A stretch of 64,000 nucleotides of DNA, taken from NCBI RefSeq assembly GCF_030144855.1, contig NC_082719.1:84568001-84632000 (forward strand), in the 5' to 3' direction. Below the pieces are notes generated by a model that did no database searches, had not been told where the DNA came from, and saw only the letters and a list, made by a program, of their open reading frames with translations. How positions within the stretch are numbered: position 1 is the first letter of the stretch; each line of letters opens with the position of its first letter. The position numbers and the translations under genes are program-made. Below are positions 12,565-24,965 of this stretch, piece by piece. The stretch comes from Hypanus sabinus. Its lineage: Eukaryota.

Positions 12565-13172
12565 AATCACAAGAGAATCTGCACTGGAGGAACCCGGCAG
12601 GTTGGGCAGCATCTAAAAAGAGGAATAAACAGTCAATGCTTCGGGCTGAGGCCCTTCCTCAGGGCTGGAAAGGAAGCGGTAAGAAGCCAGGATGTGTGGG
12701 GGGAGAGGGGAATGAGTACAAGGTGGCATGTGGTAAAGTGAAGCCAGGTTATGGGAAAGATGGCTAGTTAGGGGAGGGGTAGTGAAGTGAGAAGCCGGCA
12801 GCCGAGGAATGAACCTGATAGGAGAGAGTAGGCCATGGGAGTAAGGGAAGGAAGTGGGCACCAGAGGGAGGTAATAGGCTGGTGAGGAGAAGGGAAGGTT
12901 TGAGAAGGAGCTAGAAGGGAAATTGAAAAAGAGTGAAAGGGGAGGGAGCAGAAATTAAAGGAAATTTTAAAAAAATCAATCATAAACAAGCGAAAATCTG
13001 CAGATGCTGGAAATCCAATCAATACACATAAATTGCTGGAGGAACTCAGTAGGCCAGGCACCATTTGCAGAAAAAAGTACAGTCAACATCTCAGCCCGAA
13101 ACATCGACTATACTCCTTTCCTTAGATGCTGCCTGGCCTGCTGAGTTTCTCCAGTATTTTGTGTGTGTTGGT
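12565..13172. repeat. Penelope-type 3' end (minus) plus adjacent pLTR fold-back
   Basis: Purine-rich tract and minus-strand hammerhead-like core at 12630-12668; inverted pLTR pair at 12985-13172. Confidence 0.7.
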
Positions 13173-13799
13173 TTAAAAATCAATGTTCATGCCATCAGGT
13201 TGGTGGGAATTCAGATGGAAAATGAGGTACTGGCCCCTCTGTATATCAATGTTCTTTTCAGACTGGCTTCTTTCCCACTGCATTGTGTTTTATAGAATTA
13301 ACTGTACTAGAGGAGACTATTTGACAGAATAGGAAGTGTTGCACCTCCAACCCAAGAATGGTCTCATCACGGCAGTAGAGGCGGCCATGGACCGACATGT
13401 CGGAATGGGAATGAGTAGAAGTGAGTGCCAAGTTTCACATGATAAAGTTAGAGAACAGTCTTGACTGGATAAGCAGTGATAACATCATCCATGGGCAGTG
13501 CCCTGCCACTACGTAAAGTGGACCGTGCAAATGAGGCAGTCTCACCCAGGTGAGAACGAAGAGGCCAATGGCCAGAACAAGGACAGGGTAGAATTAAAAA
13601 TACAGAAAGCTGGGAGCAGAAAGGAGGATTTAGGGGAGAAGATAGAGGGGAAAGGATGCCTGGAGAAAATGATACAGGACTGTGAAAAACAGTGTGGAAA
13701 AGAACAAGCACATAGGTTCAGAAGACTACTGCATGTACAAATACGCACACTGTCACTCTGGTGCCAGACATATTATACCTAAAATTTGTCTATTTTTAG

Positions 13800-14015
13800 G
13801 CAACACACTCACAATGCCAGAGGAACTCAGCAATTCAGGCAGCATCTATGGAAAAGAATCAGTAGTGGACATCTTGGGCCAAGACCGTTCACCCGGACTG
13901 TCTTGGCCCAAAAGGGCAGTTGTTTATTCCCTTCCATAGATGCTGCCTGACTTGCTCAGTTCCTCCATCATTTTGTGTGCATTGCTGACAATTTCCAGCA
14001 TCTGCAGAATCTCTT
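13800..14015. repeat. Penelope-type pLTR fold-back
   Basis: gaggaactcagc..caggcagcatctatggaa and ttccatagatgctgcctg..ctcagttcctcc form inverted arms. Confidence 0.7.
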
Positions 14016-15137
14016 GAGTGCATGTCAATTCTAAAACCACATTCTTATTTTCATGGCCCAGAGATTCCCAATTCTGTTCTTGCTTATCCACAGTCTGCAG
14101 ATTTTCATTCCAGTTTCCCATTTAAGTCCTAAACACAATTACCTACAACAGTTAACTGATAAAAAGAACTGAAAGTTCTAATATCTGAATATTCCAATGA
14201 TATCACTAGATCTTTGTAGCAGAGGCTTGGCCCAACAGCAGAGGAGATGATGTAGCAGTAAGCAATAACTTTAATAATAGACTGCAAAATAACAAGGCAC
14301 TAGGGACCACAAAATAAAAGAGAATAGAAACTAAACACAACAGGCAACAAGGCAATCTTTAGGCAGGGAATGTGAATCACAAACATGAGAAATTCTACAG
14401 CTGCTGAAAATCCAAGGCAACAGACACAAAATGCTGTAGGAACTCAGCAGGTGAGGAAGCATGTATTGAGAGGAATAAACAGCCAACACCTCAAGCCGAG
14501 ACACTTCTTCACAACTAAAATGGAAGAGGGAAGACACCAGAATAAAAAGGTAGAAGGAAAGGAAGGTGAAAATTGAAGTAAAATAGGTGGGAAAGGTAAA
14601 TGACTGGAGAAGAAGGAATCTTTTTTGCTGGAGGGGGAGATGCTATTTTGCTCGTGGGGGAGGGAGGAGGTCATCTTATTCTCATCTGTGATTTAGTGTT
14701 TTATTAGTTTTTCTCTTAAATAAAAACTCAACCAATAAAAGTTGTGTGGTAAGAAAATTTGAACATTTTCGGACAGGAACCAACCAATAAAGTCCTAAGT
14801 TAATCTAATTCAGAGTTAACTAATGATAACAAGAATATTAACCAATAATGAACAAAGCATAGATGCACATAAACCTCAAAATCATTCTCTGATGTTCACA
14901 GAATGCATTTGCTGTATCTGTCTCGCCACCGAAATGCATTCATAAACCTCAAATTTCTTGGTTGATTCGAATTGTCAAATCATACACTTAAAGTATTCCA
15001 TCCGTCTAAGCTGTAGAGTTAAATGCGCATTTTTAACATCCAAACGTAAAGCCCTGTCACTTTAAATTTTATTAACCATTGATATTTTTCATCCTTGATT
15101 CAATCTTCTTATTTAGCACGAATTTCACCTGTTTTAC

Positions 15138-15172
15138 CTCGTACTTCTGTCCCAATCCTTACCCCGTTTCAT
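15138..15172 (-). CDS. GALT: Candidate ATG-containing first coding segment of GALT
   Basis: ATG AAA CGG G|gtaagg (phase 1) fits the 1453-1622 exon directly. ATG...ACG AG|gtaaaa (MKRGKDWDRST, phase 2) fits the 11667-11767 exon. Splice-phase logic only. Confidence 0.3.
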
Positions 15173-16384
15173 TATGTTAAAAAAAAACCTCTTTCGACCC
15201 CAAGTTTTCCTTCGCTTCAAAATTCAATGTGTACGTTTAGTAACGTGTCCAGCAAAACGTATACATTGGGATTCTGAAGGGTGACATGCACAGTGGCCAA
15301 AGGAAGATTATGATCCAATAAACAGAAACACACTCCATCTAGAATAGAATTAGATTAAATGGCATCTAACACAAGACAAGCAGCCACTAAATGAATCGAA
15401 CAGGCAGTGATGTTTCAGCATTAATTAGACCAACTTCAACGTTTCTAGTAAAATTAGTAAATCTTTGTGTGAATTACCACTGGGATCGAAAGTCAGCTTT
15501 GCAGGGACCTGTGGCTCCATCGTTCACTCCCTTCCACCAGCCAGTCCTCAGTTCCACAGCAAGGCTAAAGGCGATACACAGCTTTACTTTCACCGTTTTA
15601 CTTTTAACATCTTATTTTAATTGCAGAAAACACATGTCATCATTTATAAAACAATGTGGCTAAATCAATCTCCCGCTTCTGCTATTTGGATTCCACAGTT
15701 CCAGGATTTCTGCTCGTCTTCCATTGGACAGGCCAACCATAATCAAACCCTAGGTCTTCATTGAATGTTCCTGATTTAGCTCTAATTTCATCCACTTCGA
15801 GTTTCTTTTCTTCAGCAACGTAGGGTATAAATAACAGGAAAGTAAGCTTTTCTTTGCAGCAGCAACATTGCAAATATTAAATTTTAAATCAATTTAAAAT
15901 GGTTGATTTACACGATAAATAAAATAAAATAAACATAACTACAGTGCGTTCTTCACTGAAAATCCCATCTAGATGCATCGTAGTGTGGGAATCCACCCAG
16001 CCCAGATATTCTCACTTCCCCCCTCATCCACTGGTCAGAAGATACAAAAGCCTGAAAGCATACCTCAAGGCCAGCCTCTCCCCCACTGATTTGACTATTG
16101 AATGGTTCCCTTATATGAAAATGGACTCTTGGCCTGACAATCTACCTCATTATGATCTCGACCTTATTGTCCACCTGCACTGCACTTTCTAAGTGTATTT
16201 TATTTACCTGTACCTTATTATGCATTGTTATTATCTTACTTTGTACTCCCTCAATGCGCTATTGTAACGAATTGATCTGTATGAACAGTGTGATTCTATA
16301 ATCACTTGGCCCTCCTCAGCTCGTTGGAGATTGATTTGATTTGTAGGAACAGAATCCAGGTGACAACAATAAACCAATTTCAAA

Positions 16385-16800
16385 TCCGACCTACTTTTAG
16401 TCGGCCCGCAGCGGGCTCCACGAACGTCACAACTCCGGGCTGATTGGCGGTTCCACGGCCGGTTCCGCCGATAGGCGGATCGAGCTGTCCGTCAAGGAGG
16501 AGGGTGGCTGGGGATTGGCGCTTGCCGGCGGGCCGTTATCAGCCGCCGGGGTCGGGAGACGCAGCCATGAAGCGCGCGCTGTACCGGGCCGCCGCCTTGG
16601 CGACGGTGCTGGGCCTCGGGATATGGGCGATCGGCGCCTGGATGGGCAGCAAGCAACACGTGTTCGATGGGCAGGAGCTTTCGCGCCTGGCGCGGCAGTA
16701 CGCGGGTGAGTGGCCTGTGTCCGATGTGAGCGCCGGCTACCACAGCATTGTACAGCCGCTGGGAGCGCCCTGTCAGCTCGCATCGTTCTGTAAGAGCAAT
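16385..16800. promoter_or_regulatory. CpG island, probable shared (bidirectional) SIGMAR1/GALT promoter
   Basis: Abrupt GC/CpG-rich island in AT-rich DNA; two ATTGG (inverted CCAAT) boxes at about 16443 and 16514; covers the SIGMAR1 ATG; GALT points away on the other strand. Confidence 0.7.
16567..16705 (+). CDS. SIGMAR1: Sigma non-opioid intracellular receptor 1, exon 1
   Basis: gcagccATG Kozak context; MKRALYRAAALATVLGLGIWAIGAWMGSKQHVFDGQELSRLARQYA(G), a TM helix plus the LARQYAG motif; donor G|gtgagt. Confidence 0.95.
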
Positions 16801-17174
16801 CCGGGGCCCATGCTTAATAGTATTGGGAAAGATTGGCAACCCTTGCTATAAAGGATTGTAAAAACTGCCGAGATGATCACTGGGGTCCCCCTCTTCCATA
16901 AGTGGTGTTTGTCCAGACCGTTGTACAGTATATGAAGTGTCCTGCCCATTGCTGAAGATCCCTACCCACCCATCGCACAATCTCTTTGACCCACTACCGT
17001 CAGGAAGGAGATACAGGGGTATCAGGACAGACTGGCTTCTTCCCTCAGGCTGTGAGACTAATGAATATCCAGCCACAACCGAGATCTCGTCACTAGGATA
17101 ACCAGCTGTTCACGATTTGCCTGTGCTGTGCACTTTATATTTTAACACAGGAGCAAAGAGGTCCTTCTGCAGTT

Positions 17175-18305
17175 GTACTGGTGAGACCACACCTGGAGTA
17201 TTGTGTGCAGTTTCGGTCTCCGTATTTGAGGAAGGACATTCTTGCCATTGAGGGAGTGCAGCGTAGGTTCACGAGGTTAATTCCCAGGATGGCGGGACTG
17301 TCATGTTGAAAGATTGGAGCGACTGGGCTTGCATACACTGGAATTTAGAAGGATGAGAGGGGATCTGATTGAAACATATAAGATTATTAAGGGATTGGTC
17401 ACGCTGGAGGCGGGAAACATGTTCCCGATGTTGGGGGGGGGGGGGGGGGGAGTCCAGAACCAGAGGCCACAGTTTAAGAATAAGGGGTAGGCCATTTAGA
17501 ACGGTGTTCAGGAAAAACCTTTTCACCCAGAGTTGTGGATCTATGGAATGCTCTGCCTCAGAAGGCAGCGGAGGCCAATTCTCTAGTCTAGATGCTTTCA
17601 AGAAAGAGTTAAAATCTCTTATTGCATTCTAGCTGTCTGGGTACACAAGCCTGGACAGTACGATTATGGAGAGTAAGCTGTAACCTGTGTAGCAAGCTTC
17701 CCCCTCTCCATGCATCTGACAAATCTAAAAGAACAGCAGAGACTGATACAGTTTGGTTCCAGAGATGTTGTAGGAGTTGCCAGTCGGCATTGGACTCAAT
17801 GTAGGACTGCCTTAGGGACTCCAGCTCCAGAAGCCTTCCCCATGACTGGGTAAAGACGCAAGGCAGCGGGGGTTTGAAATCAGAGTTTTCTTTCCTCTAG
17901 GTGGGCAGCAACCATGGCTAACGAGCACCATCTGCCCGAAATGACTGGTTTTAAGGCATTAGTCACCCACCTTTGCCTCTTACTGGAGTTTAGAAAAATG
18001 AGGGGATTATGGACACTTGTAATGTTGAAAGGTTTGGATAGAGTGGACCCCCAATTGTGGGGGAGTCTAGAAATCCCTTTAGAGCAGAGGTGAGGAGGAA
18101 TTTCTTTAGCCAGAGGGTGATGAATCAGTGGCATTCATTGCCACAGACATCCAAGTCTTTAGGTATATTTAAAGTGGAAATTTAAATGTTCTTGAGTTGT
18201 AGGGTGTGAAAAATTACAAAGAGAGGCAAGAGAATGGGGTAGGGATTGATAATGAATCAGCCATGATGGAATGGTGGAGCATACTTGATGGCTGAATGTC
18301 CTAAT
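17175..18305 (+). mobile_element. Two CR1 3' fragments with an intervening unclassified (possibly RTE-related) repeat at about 17625-17980
   Basis: RT C-terminal remnants ([37 protein letters not shown]). Confidence 0.75.
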
Positions 18306-18344
18306 GATCGTCTCCAACTGTACGGCTGCTATTGGCTGGTGTAT

Positions 18345-19035
18345 TGAATTGAATTTGAATTGACTTTATTACTTACATCCTTATATGAAGAATAAAAATC
18401 TTCATATTGCATTTCCATTCAAATGTGCAAGTATAGTAATTTATTATGTACGCAGGATAGTCAGTATAACATAGAAATACAGTTGTGTCAGCGTGAGTTA
18501 ATCAGTCTGATGGCCTGGTGGAAGAAGCTGTCCTGGAGCCTGTTGGTCCTGGCTTTTATGCTGTGGTACTGTTTCCCACATGGTAGTAGCTGGAACAGTT
18601 TATGGTTGGGGTGACTCGGGTTTCTAATGATCCTTCAGTCCCTTTTTACCCACCTCTTTATAAATTTCCTAAATAGTGGGAAGATCACATCTACAGATAC
18701 ACTGGGCCACTCTCTGCAGAGTTTTGCGATTGAGGGAAGCACATTTCCCATACTAGGCAGTGATGCAGCCAGTCAGGATGCTCTCAATTGTGCCCCTATA
18801 GATACTTCTTAGAATTTGGGGGGAGGGGTGGGGGGAACCATACCAAACTTCTTCAACCACATATCTTTTTCACCAAACAGACCACGTGAGGTCCTTGATG
18901 ATGTTTATGCCGAGGAACTTAAAGCTGTTCACCTTCTCAGCCCCAGATCCATTGATGTCTATAGGGGGTAGCCTGTCTCCATTCCTCCTGTAGTTCACAA
19001 CCAGCTCCTTTGTTTCTGTGACATTGAGGGAGAGG
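18345..19035 (-). mobile_element. Rex1/Babar-like LINE 3' fragment
   Basis: Homologous to 58610-59600; (ttgaa)n tail at its left end. Confidence 0.7.
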
Positions 19036-19752
19036 TGCACTGTGGGGGTCTATTTGGATGTGACTCGGAGTTGAAAGGAGAATTGCAGAAGGTCCAAGAT
19101 GGAATATGGAATCTTCAACTCCAAATGAAGTTGACACCCAGGAACATGAGGGTACTTGCCCTGTCCACTACTGACCCCTCAATGCACAATAATGTGTGTG
19201 TTCCTAACTTCCCCCTATTACTTTCTCGGTGTTGATACTGAAGGCAGAAGGTCAATTAGAAGTCTAGAGGTCAATTCCCAATTGCCTGGGTCTGCCTAGT
19301 CCACTGAGGAAGTCAGAGGCTGATGTCTGCAAGTCTAAAGGTCTGTCCTGTTTGCTGGGTTGATGAATGGACTGGAGGAAGCTTGTTTTGTTGTTCTTCT
19401 GCTGAATATTGAGAGCACTTATACCCTTGTGTTGATTGTTAATGCAGATGATGCATTTTACTGTGCCGTGTTTTGATGTACATGTGATATATGAATCTAA
19501 ATATCAGTAACAGCATCTTTCCACTGACAATCAACACAGGCTCACCTTAAGGACGTGTTGAAAACCACTAAATTAATGCAAGACTAGGGTCACAACTTCT
19601 ACTTCTTCAACAAACTCAGCTATTTCAAGATTCAAATACATTATCAAAAGATGTATACATTATACACCTTGAGATTTGCTTGCTTACAGGCAGCCACAAA
19701 GCAAGAAACCCGAAGAACCCAATTTTAAAAAACAGAAAGATCACAACCATGT

Positions 19753-20460
19753 AAGCAACTGGAACAAATGACAGCATTCCGAACCAGATTGAGGCCTTAG
19801 ATCTACTCCCGGAGCAGGCCCAACAGGCCCAGTCCTCAATCTCAGTTCTTCATATAGCAGGGCAAAAACTCCGCAAAACTCAGAGATGACAGCCGCTGGA
19901 GCATTTCATAGCCTCGCGCTTCCTGACCATCTGGACTGGCGTTTAAATCGTACAAGCACCTGATAGTTCTTCGCTCCAGGACCCAGATCCTGGCGTTGTG
20001 ATTTGCTTGGGTTGCACAGACTGATGCTGTTCTCAATCTCACCAAATCGGCTCGGCACTTGGAGTGATCCAACTTCCCACCCAGGTTAGGTGGATGGGCA
20101 TTGAAACTCTTCTGCATCAGCTCCCCTCCAAACTGCTCACTCCAACTCCATCTCTGATACCAAATCTGTCTGCAATCCTGCCTTGAACATGTTGCCCCTC
20201 AGCTTTGTGAAACACCCGCATTGTCCAGCCTTTGAATCAGCTTCACCTATGCTTGATTCTTGTACGATTTAAACGCCGGTCCAGATGGTCAGGAAGCGCG
20301 AGGCTATGAACTGCTCCAGCGGCTGTCATCTGAGTTTTGAGGAGTTTTTGCCCTGCTATATGAAGAACTGAGATTGAGGACTGGGCCTGTTGGGCCTGCT
20401 CCGGGAGTAGATCTAAGGACTCAATCTGGTTCGGAATGCTGTCATTTGTTTCAGTTGCTT
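19753..20460. repeat. About 200-bp near-perfect inverted repeat
   Basis: Arms at 19753-19956 and 20259-20460, spacer 302 bp; about 5 substitutions and one 2-bp indel by eye. Confidence 0.92.
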
Positions 20461-21649
20461 TTCATCCTCGCTGTTCCTGGTTTGTAGAAAGAGAAACTGA
20501 AATACTGATGAAATTAATCCATAAAGCTGAGATAAAGTGTTGGTTCTGTAAGTTTGCGGTTGGGTTGTGATTGTGGAGTGAGGTGGAGAGTTAAAGTGGG
20601 AGGCAACCAGGTACTCTGGATTGAATTCAAGGTGCTCTACAAAATAATCACCCAATTTGTGCCTGGTTTCTCCAATGCAAAGGAGCCCATATTTGTGAAC
20701 ACTGAAGGCAGTACAACATATTGGAAGTGCAAATTAACCCTTACTGCACTGCAAAGATTATTTGACTTACTGGAGCTTGGATATATGTGTTACCTCATTT
20801 CATTTCAATCAAAGTTGCCACTAAATTTTTGCTCAATTTAGTTAAAACCTGAGTTAGAGATGTGGAGGGGGCAAAGACCAGGAAACACTGTGCTAGCTTT
20901 AGATTAGGAAACAACAATGAAGCTACATTTCCAACAGGGAGTTGCAGACAAAAAACCTGAAATCTGCCTGAGGCAGGGTAATTGTACCTGATGACAATCA
21001 ATTTTCTGATCACTCTCGGACTTCCTATTTCTATCTGTGTAACCCAAGATAGGTTCTTTAGTTTCATTAAGGAATGACAAAATTGGTGCCATATTATGTA
21101 GGTAGTCTACAAAACCACCTGGTTCACAACAGCCTGCCGTATAAAAGCCACTTAAGTCCCTGGACAAGAATGGAGTATTTACTCTGAACCAATGTTTAGC
21201 AGTGAAGCAATAGAATAAGTGTGAAGGGCCTCCTAGCTCCTGGTTCAATTCTGACCTTAAGTGCTGTCTGTGTGGCATTAGGTTTGTGACTGCATGGGAT
21301 TTTCCTTTTTCTTTCCCCACCCCCACCCCCCCATCTTCCAAAGATGGGCTGGCAACTTAATTCTCAATGGTAATTTTCCCCTTGATTGCAAAAGAAACAA
21401 AAAAAGAGAATTGATAGACGTGAAGTGAAGAGGAACAGGATTAGTATGACTGTTCTGCCAGAGTCCATATGAACACTTGAGTTTAATGTTAATGTATCCT
21501 GTGTCACAGTATATGAATTAATATAACTGGAGAATCTCGAGTGGGCAGTTAAAGATTCAGTGAGGAGTATTGTTTCAAATGCAACATTAAAGAAAAGTTT
21601 GGATAGGTAGGTGGATGAGGCAGATATGGAGAGCAATGGTCCAGGGTGG

Positions 21650-22422
21650 TGTTATGAGCCCGCAGATTTCATTTACTGTGGACTGTTGCTTTAAGCGCAT
21701 GAGTAAGTTCGGACTATTACATCAGTCACAGGCTGTCGCAGTCTGTGCAGATTAAAATACACAGAGAGAGAGAGAGAGAGAAAGAGACTGGGGAAACCAG
21801 TAGCTTCAGCTTGTCGCAGCTGAGGCTTGCAACTCTCTTAAGCCCACAGGTGGGTTGATCATTGGCGCACGGGGCACAACGAATGTGGGACTGTCACTTC
21901 GCATAATCCATAGGAGTGGATTTTGGGATATCTTGTGGGGTCCGCTTGTGTAGCCCTTGCCTGGGTATGTTGTTTGGTAACCACTGGAAGATGATATTCT
22001 TGTGACAGGTCACTTTTGGTGATAATTCATATGTGGATTTGGAATGACATGACGGACAAGATCTATGGCGACTGTTAACTCGTTTCCAGTGTGGAGCCTG
22101 TGGAATACTTTGTACTTGCCTTCTCTCTCCATTACATCGTGAATTACAAATATCTCTTTCCCATCATTATGTGGATGAGTGAACTTTCCTGCTTTACCAT
22201 TTCAAGACTCTTTTTCAAGTCTTGTTCCCCCAAGCTCAGTACAGTTTAGGAGTTATATTTGCACACACATATACACATAACACTGTTAACTTTTGCTTAT
22301 CTTGGTTAAGTTACTGTATTATACATAGATACTAATAAAGGTAGTGTTTTTAACATTAAAACCAGACTCCTTGTGTAATCTATTGCTACTGGTTCGTTTC
22401 TAAAACATTGCAGTTTGTTACA
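21650..22422 (+). mobile_element. Solo LTR (Gypsy-like) inserted in a CR1 3' tail
   Basis: TGTTA...TACA ends; 4-bp flanks gtgg / gtag; AATAAA at 22334; the CR1 tail resumes on the far side. Confidence 0.75.
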
Positions 22423-22719
22423 GTAGGGAGATGGGACTAAGCAGATAAACACGTTGTCATGGACTAGGTGAACTGAAGGATCCATTTCTGAGCTGTGGTG
22501 TTTAACAACTATAGTGTGACCATCTACTTTACTGCACATAAACACATTGCAAATAAGCAGCACATTATCACTTCTCTATCCGTGTATATATTCACAGCAT
22601 AGCAATAATGTGTTAAGTGACATTTTGTGGAATTGCTGTGATGTGATGAATTCCTTTACTGAATAAGATTTGCTTTGCAATAACACAATTCACAGTGATT
22701 TAAAATGGTTTTGTTTCAG

Positions 22720-22920
22720 GTCTCAATCATGAGCAGGCATTCACCAAGATTGTGGTTGAACTGAGAAAAATGTATCCTGGTCATATACTTCCAGATGAGG
22801 ATCTGAAGTGGATCTTTGTGAATGCTGGTGGCTGGATGGGTTCCATGTGTCTTCTGCATGCATCCTTAACTGAATATGTGCTGCTTTTTGGAACAGCAGT
22901 AGACACTGGAGGACATTCGG
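22720..22920 (+). CDS. SIGMAR1: SIGMAR1 exon 2
   Basis: 201 bp, tttcag|...TCG G|gtatga; [66 protein letters not shown] (ERG2/sigma-1 motifs). Confidence 0.97.
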
Positions 22921-23569
22921 GTATGATATACTTGCTATTTACATTATGTAAAACTTTTAAAATGTTTCCGTATATAACGTCAATAGGAAATCAATATTAG
23001 ATTTATAGTTTGCTCTTCAGTTGTGCAATATTTTATTAGACATTGAAGTTGATATTTGTATTTAAAACTAATGGGGGGTATACTTGAGCTAGAGTAAAAC
23101 AGTAGAAGAAATAAAGGTGTCTGCGTAAACTGAGTACAAAATTTACAAATATTCTATTTCTGTCGCGTTCAAATTCTACTTGGAGGAAAATAATGAATTG
23201 CCTTTAGGATGAATCATTGAAACAAGACTATTGTACTTTTGTAAATGTAAAACTTCCTTGGTCCTCTTCCTTCACCATTGCTTTCCAAATGCTGTCATTT
23301 TTTACATAATTTAGTTTTCCAAAGTTGGGAATCGGTCTTGGAACATTTATTTGTACAGGTTGGGCACCCCTTATCCAAAATGTTTGGGGCTGGAAGTGTT
23401 TTAGATTTTTTTTGGATTTTGGAATACTATGTAATAAGAAAGCTTGGGAATGGGTCCTAAGTCCAAACATTAAGTCTATTTGCATTGCATGTGTATCTTG
23501 TACATATACCCTAAGGTAGTTTTTTATAATTTTTTTTAATAGTGCATGGAACAATAACATGTACATTTG

Positions 23570-24095
23570 AATGATCAGAACGTGTAGTCAGTGTAATGTG
23601 GAATATCTGAAGTATGGTTTATACCAGCACCAAGCAAACCAACAGCAGCCAATGTGTCTGTTGTGTGAAAATGTTTTTTCAAATGAGGCAATGAAGCTGT
23701 CTAGGCTCCTTGAACATTTGAAGAGAATACACTTTGATAAACCAAAGAAGAATTTAGCTTGCTTTCAGTTATTTCCTGAAAACTCAAGTGGAAAACACTT
23801 CTTGTTTACCAGCACTTCACAACGGAACAGTGATGGTTTTGCATGTTTCATATACCATTTCATTGCTAAATCTGGAAAGCCCCTTACAATTGCAGAGATT
23901 GCTTCTGCTAGCAGTAAGGAAGATTCTAAGTAATGTTTTGCATAAGTCACTGAACAAATAATTAGTGATTCCATTCAATGAAAACTCTGTTCAAGGAAGA
24001 ATAGATGAAATGTCTGAGAATGTAAAGGACACATGTGTAACGTACTTGGGTCAACAGAATTTGCTCCACATTTGGATGAATCAACTCTTGTTTGT
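23570..24095 (+). mobile_element. hAT (Buster/Charlie) transposase remnant, preceded by a Tigger-like MITE end at about 23353
   Basis: YLKYG...QPMCLLCENVFSNEAMKLSRLLEHLKRIH; same family as 57460-58600. Confidence 0.8.
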
Positions 24096-24099
24096 TTAA

Positions 24100-24405
24100 A
24101 TGATTCATTACAAGTTATATGTATAAAAACATGAACTGCATACATCAACACATTACCATGTGATATGTGTGCGCCTAGCTTAAAGTAAACACAAAGTTAA
24201 ACACACATTTTGGACTACCATATCTTCCCTTGAATTAGTTTAATGTTTTAAAGTTACAAAACACAGTATTGGCGAAGAGGTATTTTAAAAATGAACCGAG
24301 AGGGCTATTGACCAGTTGAAGCACAATGAAACATACAAGTTTTAAAAAAAAAGCGCGGTGCATGGCTGGCTACATTGTAAAGAATGAAAAGTTTGATTGT
24401 ACAGT
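24100..24405 (+). mobile_element. Gypsy LTR/PBS/gag-start fragment
   Basis: LTR 3' end followed by tggcgaagagg and atggctggctacattg (MAGYI); related to 62830-63803. Confidence 0.65.
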
Positions 24406-24965
24406 GTACTGATGCCTTTGAATGGAAAAGCCTACAAAAGTATTAGTTGCAGCCCAGTCCTTCACAAGCAAAGCTCTCCCCACCACTGAGCACATCTGCA
24501 AGGAGCATAGTTGTAGGAAAGCAGCATCCACCATCAAGGATCCCCACCATCCAGGCCATGCTGTCTTGCTGTTGCCATTAAGAAGCAGCTGCAGGAATCT
24601 TAGATCCTACACCTCCAGGTTTAGGAACTGTTAGTACCCCTCAACCATCAAGCTCCTGAATTAGTGGATAACTTCACTTCCCCCACCGCTGAACTAATTC
24701 CACAACCTATTGACTCGCTTTCAAAGTCTACAACTTGTGTTTTTAATATTTATTATTTATTGTTGTATTATTATGTTTTTCTTTTTTTGTATTTACCTGA
24801 TTTCTTTTGCACAATAGTTATTTGTCTGTTTTTGGTTGTGTGCAGTTTTTCATTTATTCAATTGTTTCTTTGTATTTGCTGTGAATATCACAAGAAAATA
24901 AATTTCAAGGTAGTATATAGTGGCGTATATATACTTTGGTAATAAAATTTACTTTGAACTTTGAA
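24405..24965 (+). mobile_element. Rex1/Babar-like LINE 3' end
   Basis: KAASTIKDPHHPGHA...RFRN C-terminal remnant plus aataaaatttactttgaactttg tail. Confidence 0.7.

Noticed and set aside
13448-13782. ORFs of 68-94 aa on both strands
   Set aside because: Purine/pyrimidine-biased sequence with no motif and no convincing splice-site pair.
16443-16457. ATTGG-N5-CCACG as an ER-stress element in the SIGMAR1 promoter
   Set aside because: ERSE-II needs a 1-nt spacer and ERSE needs CCAAT-N9-CCACG; neither is met.
16427-16839. Several overlapping ORFs of about 65-135 aa around the CpG island
   Set aside because: Expected stop-codon depletion in GC-rich DNA; only SIGMAR1 exon 1 has homology.
17625-17980. 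Possible HDV-like ribozyme in an RTE-like repeat (also considered for 11255-11600 and 24975-25305)
   Set aside because: I could not build the nested double pseudoknot by eye; it needs a descriptor or covariance-model search.
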